This document shows, one piece after another, positions 29,085 through 34,557 of a stretch of DNA of 34,557 nt. The stretch's first letter is position 1, and every line of letters starts with the position of its first letter. Source of the stretch: a bacterium (GTDB lineage: Bacteria > Eisenbacteria > RBG-16-71-46); assembly GCA_043779265.1 (NCBI GenBank), contig JAYWEM010000154.1:1-34557 (forward strand). Reading direction: 5' to 3'. Under the pieces are notes generated by a model. The model did not search any database. It was not told the origin of the DNA and saw only the letters and a program-made list of their open reading frames with translations. The translations under genes and the position numbers were made by a program.

Positions 29085-30461
29085 TCACAGCTCACCCGAG
29101 CGGATGATGTTCGCGAGACGCCACGCGCTCTTGTGGATGCGGCGCTGCTGCGTCTCGAAGTCCACGCCGATCAGGCCGAAACGGGCCTGGTAGCCATCGG
29201 CCCACTCGAAGTTGTCGAGCAGCGACCAGTGCAGATACCCGGCCACGGGAATGCCGTTCGAGAGCGCGCGTGCGACCTGCCACAGGTGCATGTAGAGGAA
29301 CACCCAGCGATCCTCGTCGTCCTTGGCCGGGATGCCGTTCTCGGTGATGAGGATCGGCAGCTTGTAACGGGAATACTCCTTGAGGAAGACGGCCAGTCCC
29401 TCGGGATAGACCTCCCAACCGAGATCGTTGAGCTTGCCGACGAACCGCTGTTGGTCAAGGTCGCAGACGCCGCCGACGAACCCCGGTAGATCGAGGCCGG
29501 TGTTCCGCACGAAGTCGCGCGTGTAGTAGTTGATGCCGATGAAGTCGAGCGTCCGGGACATCGGCAGTCGCTCCCAGAACAGTCCCGGGACGCGGAGCAC
29601 ACCCGTGTGCAGCGCATCGACGAACAGGTGATTGAAGAGATAGCCGCGGATGCGCGTCGAGATCCGGTCGCGCCAGCTCTTGGGGTCGCAGGCGGTCAGC
29701 GAGATGGCGTGCTTGGCGATACTGACCATGGCGTCCGGCCGATGCTCGTGGATGATGTGGTAGGCGCGCACGTGCGCCCGCATCATCTGCCGCAGCACCC
29801 CGAGCGCCGCCGGCCAGGCCCGCGTCTTCCCCGGCGGCCACTGTCCGATCAACCAGCCCTTGAACACCTGCACCACGGGCTCGTTGAGCGTAATCCACCA
29901 GCGCACGGTCGAGCCGTACTCCTGCAGCACGCGCTCGACGTAGCGCCCGAACAGCTCCTCGATCCGCGGGTGCTCCCAGCCGCCCTCGGCGGCGAGCCAC
30001 TGAGGCAGCGTGTAGTGGTGCAGCGTGACCACGGGCTCCATGTGATTGGCGTGCAGCGCCTCGATCACGTCGCGGTAGTGCTCGATCCCCTCCGCCGAGA
30101 AGCGGCCCTGCTCGGGTTCGATCCGGCTCCATTCGAGCGAGAAGCGATGCGCGTTGTGCTCGAGCGCCTGCGCCATCTCGAAGTCCTCACGGAAGCGGTG
30201 GTAGTGATCCGCCGCATCGCCGCTCGGCGTCTCGACATGCCCGGCCTGCTCCCACGCCCACCAATCGTTGTTGGTGTTGCCGCCCTCGACTTGATGCGAG
30301 CTGGTCGCGGCTCCCCACAGGAAGCCCGTCGGGAAGCGGAAGTTGGAGCCATGGATCCCGGGCTCGATCAGTCCCACCTTCGGACTCGAAGCCGCGAGCG
30401 GCACGATCGGCGCCGTCGCGTGCGCGGCCTGTTCGGAGGGGCTGTCGGAGGTCGGGTCCAT
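29085..30461 (-). CDS. GH1 beta-glucosidase, cytoplasmic (458 aa)
   Basis: Motifs FLWGAATSSHQVEG, RFSLEWSRIEP, acid/base TLNEP, nucleophile ITENG and WSLLDNFEW. AAGGAG RBS. Confidence 0.95.
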   Translation of the reverse strand: MDPTSDSPSEQAAHATAPIVPLAASSPKVGLIEPGIHGSNFRFPTGFLWGAATSSHQVEGGNTNNDWWAWEQAGHVETPSGDAADHYHRFREDFEMAQALEHNAHRFSLEWSRIEPEQGRFSAEGIEHYRDVIEALHANHMEPVVTLHHYTLPQWLAAEGGWEHPRIEELFGRYVERVLQEYGSTVRWWITLNEPVVQVFKGWLIGQWPPGKTRAWPAALGVLRQMMRAHVRAYHIIHEHRPDAMVSIAKHAISLTACDPKSWRDRISTRIRGYLFNHLFVDALHTGVLRVPGLFWERLPMSRTLDFIGINYYTRDFVRNTGLDLPGFVGGVCDLDQQRFVGKLNDLGWEVYPEGLAVFLKEYSRYKLPILITENGIPAKDDEDRWVFLYMHLWQVARALSNGIPVAGYLHWSLLDNFEWADGYQARFGLIGVDFETQQRRIHKSAWRLANIIRSGEL

Positions 30462-30584
30462 GGTCTCCTTCCTTGACGAGCGACGCTCACACGCGTGACG
30501 CTCACCCTCCGCGCCATCGCGCCCAGTATCGAGCGTCGCTCGCGCGCGTCAAGCACTCCCCTGTCACTCGTGCCCGGAGAACCC

Positions 30585-31160
30585 ATGGCCCCGAGCCCCA
30601 AGCGCCACCTCCTGCCGTTGCCCAAGGGCCATCGCTCCCGCGAGGCCGCCTCGTTCGTGGCTCAGATGGAGGAACTCACCGGGCGGATGTTCGCGGACCT
30701 CCGCGGCATCACGGCAACCGAACTGGCGTGGCAGTCGAAGCGAGGCCATAACACGATCGGCATGCTGCTCGCGCACTGCGCCATCGTCGAGCTGTACTGG
30801 ACCGCGATCGCGCTCGAGCGCTGGAGGGAGGAACTGGGCGAGACCGTTCTCGGCATCGGCGTCGATGATGACGGCATGCCGCTCGAGGCTTCAGGGCTTC
30901 CGCCGAAGAGCCTGCGCGGCTGGTCCCTGCGCGACTACCAGGCGCTGATGGCGCGCTCGCGCAAGTACGTGATCCGTGGCACCAAGGGCATGACCGACGC
31001 CGACATGGACCGCCGCATCGCGCGCACGAGGCACGATGGCACGCGCTCGGTGGTCAGCGTGCGCTGGATCCTCTACCACGTCATGGAGCACCTGGCGGGT
31101 CACTACGGCCAGATGCTGCTGCTGCGTCACCAGTACGCCGACCGGCGGAAGAAGAAGTGA
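30585..31160 (+). CDS. DinB/YfiT-family protein (191 aa)
   Basis: NTIGMLLAH and WILYHVMEHLAGHYGQM His pattern. GGAG RBS before ATG 30585. Confidence 0.85.
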   Translation: MAPSPKRHLLPLPKGHRSREAASFVAQMEELTGRMFADLRGITATELAWQSKRGHNTIGMLLAHCAIVELYWTAIALERWREELGETVLGIGVDDDGMPLEASGLPPKSLRGWSLRDYQALMARSRKYVIRGTKGMTDADMDRRIARTRHDGTRSVVSVRWILYHVMEHLAGHYGQMLLLRHQYADRRKKK

Positions 31161-31756
31161 GCGGGCCTATCGTCGCCTCGCACCTGCCGCTCGCCGAAGG
31201 CTGCGCCTCGGGGCAGGCGGCCGTGCTGCTGGCCGCGCTGCGCGACGTGCACCGGCAACTGGATGAGCTGGCCGCGGAGCTCAGCCCGTCTCAGCTCGAG
31301 TGGCAGCCGGGCGTACGCGCCGAGGGCGCGGCCGGCACCGGCCGCAACACGATGGGCATGCTGCTCGCCCACATCGGCGTCGCCGAGACGCATCTGACGC
31401 AGGTCGGCCTCTCGGGCGAGCGAGACGGCCACGTGCAGGACGTCATCGGGATCACCGTCGAGGACGAGGGCATGCCGCTCACCTCGGGAGCGCCCGCGGC
31501 GCCCGTTCTGGCGGGGCGCGATGCCGCATTCTACCGCTCGATCCTCGAGCGTTCCCTGGCGCATCTCACGCACGTGGCGTCTCGGCTCAGCGACGCCGAC
31601 CTGGCCTCCGAAGTGCATCGGCCGCCGCGGCCCGATGGCACGCAGCGTGTGTTCGACAAGCGCTGGGTGCTGTTCCATGCGGTCGAGCACGCGGCGCAGC
31701 ACCTGGGCCAGCTGACCAGCATCCGGAATCAGGCGAAGGACGCCGGCATCGTCTGA
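31157..31756 (+). CDS. DinB/YfiT-family protein, paralogue of the upstream gene (199 aa)
   Basis: NTMGMLLAH and WVLFHAVEHAAQHLGQL. GTGA overlap with the upstream stop. Confidence 0.85.
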   Translation: MSGPIVASHLPLAEGCASGQAAVLLAALRDVHRQLDELAAELSPSQLEWQPGVRAEGAAGTGRNTMGMLLAHIGVAETHLTQVGLSGERDGHVQDVIGITVEDEGMPLTSGAPAAPVLAGRDAAFYRSILERSLAHLTHVASRLSDADLASEVHRPPRPDGTQRVFDKRWVLFHAVEHAAQHLGQLTSIRNQAKDAGIV

Positions 31757-31775
31757 GCCGGCAGTCGAGACGACG

Positions 31776-31808
31776 AAGCGCCCCGGCGGAGGAACCGCCG
31801 GGGCGCTT
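31776..31808. terminator. Probable bidirectional terminator between the convergent dinB2 and ahcY genes
   Basis: Perfect 14-bp stem AAGCGCCCCGGCGG / CCGCCGGGGCGCTT with a 5-nt loop. Confidence 0.8.
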
Positions 31809-31837
31809 GTCTTGTCGCGGGTCGAGCCGGGAACGGA

Positions 31838-33145
31838 CTACGTGCCCTCGCTCCACGAGGACATGTAGCGCACCTGCTCGGGCGTCATCACGTCGATCGT
31901 GACGCCCATGCTCTTCAGCTTGAGGCGGGCGATCTCCTGATCGATCGGCTTCGGGATGATGTGCACGTCCTTGGACAGCTTGGCCGCCTTCTTCTTCAGG
32001 TACTCGACCGACAGCGCCTGATTGGCGAACGACATGTCCATCACCATGGCCGGGTGCCCTTCGGCGGCGGCGAGGTTGATGAGACGACCCTCGCCCAGCA
32101 GGTAGACGCGCTTGCCACCCTTGAGCTTGTACTCGTCGACGTACTGACGGGCGACGCGCTTGGACGTGGCCATGCGCTCGAGCGCCGGGATGTCGAGTTC
32201 GACATTGAAGTGGCCGCTGTTGGCGACGATGGCGCCGTCCTTCATGGCCGCGAAGTGCTCGCGACGGATGACCGACTTGTTGCCCGTCACCGTGATGAAC
32301 AGATCACCCTTGGAAGCAGCGTCCTCCATCGAGGTGGCGATGTAGCCGTCCATCGCGGCCTCGAGCGCACGCACCGGATCGATCTCGGTGACGTACACCG
32401 TGGCACCCATGCCCTTGGCGCGCGCGGCGAGACCGCGGCCACACCAGCCGTAACCGGCGATGACGACCGAGGAGCCGGCGACCAGCATGTTGGTGGCGCG
32501 CAGCACGCCGTCCATCGAGCTCTGGCCGGTGCCGTAGCGGTTGTCGAACAGGTGCTTGGTGTCGGCGTCGTTGATCGCGATCACCGGGAAGCGAAGCGTC
32601 TTGTCCTTGGCCATCGCGCGCAGGCGCGTGACGCCGGTGGAGGTCTCCTCGGTGCCCGCGAAGACGTCCTTGAGGTACGAGCGCATCTTGGTGTGCAGCA
32701 CGGTCACGAGGTCGCAGCCATCGTCCATGGTGACGTGCGGGCGCGTCTCGATGGCCGAGACGATGTGCGAGTAGTAGGTCTTGTGGTCCTCGCCCTTGAT
32801 CGCGTACGTCGGGATGCCGTAGTGGGCGACCATCGCCGCAGCCACATCATCCTGCGTGCTGAGCGGGTTCGAGCCGCACAGGACGACCTCGGCACCACCG
32901 GCCTTCAGCGTGCGCATGAGGTTGGCGGTCTCGGTGGTGACGTGCAGACAGGCGGCGATGCGCATGCCCTTGAGCGGGCGCTGCTTGGCGAAGCGGGCGC
33001 GGATGCTGCGCAGCACCGGCATCTGACGCTCGGCCCACTCGATGCGGGTCTTGCCCTCACGGGCGAGCTTCATGTCCTTGACGTGGCCGGGCGTCATTTC
33101 GGGGGCAGCGGCCTTGGTGCGCGAAACGGATTCGCGAGTCGCCAT
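31838..33145 (-). CDS. ahcY: Adenosylhomocysteinase (435 aa)
   Basis: Motifs ACLHVTTETANL, SNPLSTQDDVAA, DDGCDL, GTEETSTG, KHLFDNRYGTGQS, GYGWCGRG and GHPAMVMDMSFANQ. GAGG RBS. Confidence 0.97.
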   Translation of the reverse strand: MATRESVSRTKAAAPEMTPGHVKDMKLAREGKTRIEWAERQMPVLRSIRARFAKQRPLKGMRIAACLHVTTETANLMRTLKAGGAEVVLCGSNPLSTQDDVAAAMVAHYGIPTYAIKGEDHKTYYSHIVSAIETRPHVTMDDGCDLVTVLHTKMRSYLKDVFAGTEETSTGVTRLRAMAKDKTLRFPVIAINDADTKHLFDNRYGTGQSSMDGVLRATNMLVAGSSVVIAGYGWCGRGLAARAKGMGATVYVTEIDPVRALEAAMDGYIATSMEDAASKGDLFITVTGNKSVIRREHFAAMKDGAIVANSGHFNVELDIPALERMATSKRVARQYVDEYKLKGGKRVYLLGEGRLINLAAAEGHPAMVMDMSFANQALSVEYLKKKAAKLSKDVHIIPKPIDQEIARLKLKSMGVTIDVMTPEQVRYMSSWSEGT

Positions 33146-33278
33146 GGTTCCTCTTGGGGAATGAGAAGGGACTGCCTGATGAGTCGAACGCCGAGGAGAG
33201 TGCCGCATCGGCATCGGCAGGCGCAAGTCCGCAGTGAAGCCTTGAGGCGGCTCGTGCCGATATGCTATGCGTATGCAT

Positions 33279-33518
33279 ATGAAACGAACCACTCTCCTTC
33301 TGGACCCGGCGCTGTGGACGGAGCTGCGTCGCCGCGCTGCGAGCGAAGGACGCACGCTCACCGAGCTGGTCGAGCAGACGATGCGGCTCGGCCTCGCCTC
33401 GGGGGCGCCCGTGCGTCGCAGTCGCACGCCGCTGCCCTCGTTCGACCTCGGCCCCTTCCTCGTCCCGGTCGCCGATCGCGCCCGCCGCGCCGGCGGCACG
33501 CCGAGAGAGGAGCCCTGA
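33279..33518 (+). CDS. VapB-like ribbon-helix-helix antitoxin (79 aa)
   Basis: MKRTTLLLDPALWTELRRRAASEGRTLTELVEQ is an RHH pattern. TGATG coupling to the PIN gene. Alternative ATGs at 33267 and 33273. Confidence 0.8.
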   Translation: MKRTTLLLDPALWTELRRRAASEGRTLTELVEQTMRLGLASGAPVRRSRTPLPSFDLGPFLVPVADRARRAGGTPREEP

Positions 33519-34018
33519 TGAGGGCCGTCGATGCCAGCGTGCTCGCGTTCGCTGCGAATCGCGGCACACCCGAGCATGCGCGCGCCGCCTCGGTGCTCGA
33601 GTCCCTGATGGCCGGCGATGCACCGTGGGCGCTGCCGTGGCCGGCCGTGCACGAGTTCCTGTCGCTGGTGACGCACCGGCTCCGCGTCGTGCGGCCACTG
33701 CGGGCCGAGGACGCCTGGGGCTTCATCGAGGCGCTGGCAGCCAGTCCCTCGGTGCGATTCCTCGGCCCGACCGAGCGCCACGGCGAGGTCGCCCGCGAAC
33801 TGATCCACTCGCTGGCAGCGACCGGTGGCACGCTACCGCCGGGGCTCGAGATCGCCGTCGTGCTGCGGGAACACGGCATCCGAGAGCTGCTGTCCTCGGA
33901 CGCCGGCATGCGGCGCTTCACGTTCCTCGACGTGCGGGACCCCCTGCACGGCCCGGCGTGGAAGCCCGATGAGCGCCCGTCTCGGCGCTACCGTACGCTG
34001 TCGGCCAAGGCGCGCTGA
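33518..34018 (+). CDS. VapC-like PIN-domain protein (166 aa)
   Basis: Motifs MRAVDASVL, WALPWPAVHEFLSLVTH and EHGIRELLSSD...RRF...VRDPL. GAGGAG RBS. It is the 3' part of track ORF 31961..34018. Confidence 0.82.
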   Translation: MRAVDASVLAFAANRGTPEHARAASVLESLMAGDAPWALPWPAVHEFLSLVTHRLRVVRPLRAEDAWGFIEALAASPSVRFLGPTERHGEVARELIHSLAATGGTLPPGLEIAVVLREHGIRELLSSDAGMRRFTFLDVRDPLHGPAWKPDERPSRRYRTLSAKAR

Positions 34019-34041
34019 GCCGCGTGCCGCACGGAGGACGC

Positions 34042-34398
34042 ATGCCACGCGATGGATTCGCCACCACGCCCGAGCCGCCCTACTGGGCGGTGATCTTCAC
34101 CAGCCGCCGCAACGCCACCGGGCCCGAGGCCTACGAGGCGATGGCGGCGCGCATGGCGACGTTGGCGAGCGAACAGCCGGGCTGCCTCGGCTTCGAGAGC
34201 ACGCGCGGCGAGGACGGGCTCGGGATCACCGTCAGCTACTGGGCCGACAAGCGATCGGTGCGCCAGTGGAAGGCGGTGGCTGAACACGTGGGCGCGCAGC
34301 AGGCCGGCCGCGACCGTTGGTACGAGGACTACAGCGTGCGCATCGCCCGCGTGGAGCGCGACTACACGATGGAGTCGAGCCCGCGCGAGTCGATCTGA
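34042..34398 (+). CDS. Antibiotic biosynthesis monooxygenase (ABM) domain protein (118 aa)
   Basis: PEPPYWAVIFTS...QPGCLGFES...GITVSYW...EHVGAQQAGRDRWYEDYSVRIARVER. GGAGG RBS. Confidence 0.88.
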   Translation: MPRDGFATTPEPPYWAVIFTSRRNATGPEAYEAMAARMATLASEQPGCLGFESTRGEDGLGITVSYWADKRSVRQWKAVAEHVGAQQAGRDRWYEDYSVRIARVERDYTMESSPRESI

Positions 34399-34407
34399 GC
34401 GCACACC

Positions 34408-34557
34408 TCACCGTGTCACCACCACGCGCGCCGTGACACTGCGGCCATCCGTCTGGGCCCGCACCAGGTAGATGCCCGGCGCGGCCGGCGGCGCATCGGC
34501 CCGCGGCCACTGCCACGCATGCCGCCCCGGCTCGAGCACGCCGTCGTGCACGCGCGC
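34408..34557 (-). CDS. 3' end (partial) of a protein ending in a T9SS/FlgD-like CTD
   Basis: Manual translation, absent from the ORF track: ARVHDGVLEPGRHAWQWPRADAPPAAPGIYLVRAQTDGRSVTARVVVTR-stop. Confidence 0.75.
   Translation of the reverse strand, partial: ARVHDGVLEPGRHAWQWPRADAPPAAPGIYLVRAQTDGRSVTARVVVTR

Noticed and set aside
33160..33250. Plus-strand fragments resembling hammerhead (CTGATGAG), SAM-I (AGGGACTG..GATGA), SAH (CCGAGGAG) or glycine (GGAGAG..GGCGCAA) motifs
   Set aside because: They are on the wrong strand for ahcY, and each lacks the rest of its consensus (for example no GAAA after a stem II).
31961..33517. Long N-terminal extension of the PIN ORF, and the ahcY extension to 33808
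   Set aside because: Each is antisense to the other real gene. RBS-supported starts are 33518 and 33145.

Overview
High-GC (roughly 70%) bacterial chromosomal window from a diderm. The T9SS/FlgD-like C-terminal domains, a PorV-family gene and a C-terminal TWGxLKxxYR tail suggest an FCB-related candidate phylum such as Ca. Eisenbacteria (inference). Bases 48-23134 are a single minus-strand, LacI-associated glycan-utilisation locus, most likely for beta-1,2-glucan or a related beta-glucan. In order of transcription it holds LacI, a GH144-like lipoprotein, a sugar ABC binding protein and two permeases (no ATPase), and a discoidin/(alpha/alpha)6 glycosidase-like protein. A second unit follows: a tandem-CBM9-like protein with a C-terminal domain (CTD), a TonB-dependent receptor, a 1103-aa CTD protein, a PorV-family barrel, a GH144-CTD and a GH94 phosphorylase. 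A secreted protein of unknown function ends the locus. No SusD gene is present. Three TTGACA boxes, each followed 16-17 nt later by a LacI-type palindrome, mark three transcription units. The rest of the window holds a BtuF-like protein (probable CTG start), a K+-independent membrane pyrophosphatase, a secreted CTD-bearing alpha/beta hydrolase, a GH1, two tandem DinB paralogues, ahcY, a vapBC-like pair with a degenerate PIN site, an ABM-domain gene and the 3' end of another CTD protein. I saw no rRNA, tRNA, CRISPR array or mobile element. All family calls come from motif recognition by eye, not database searches.
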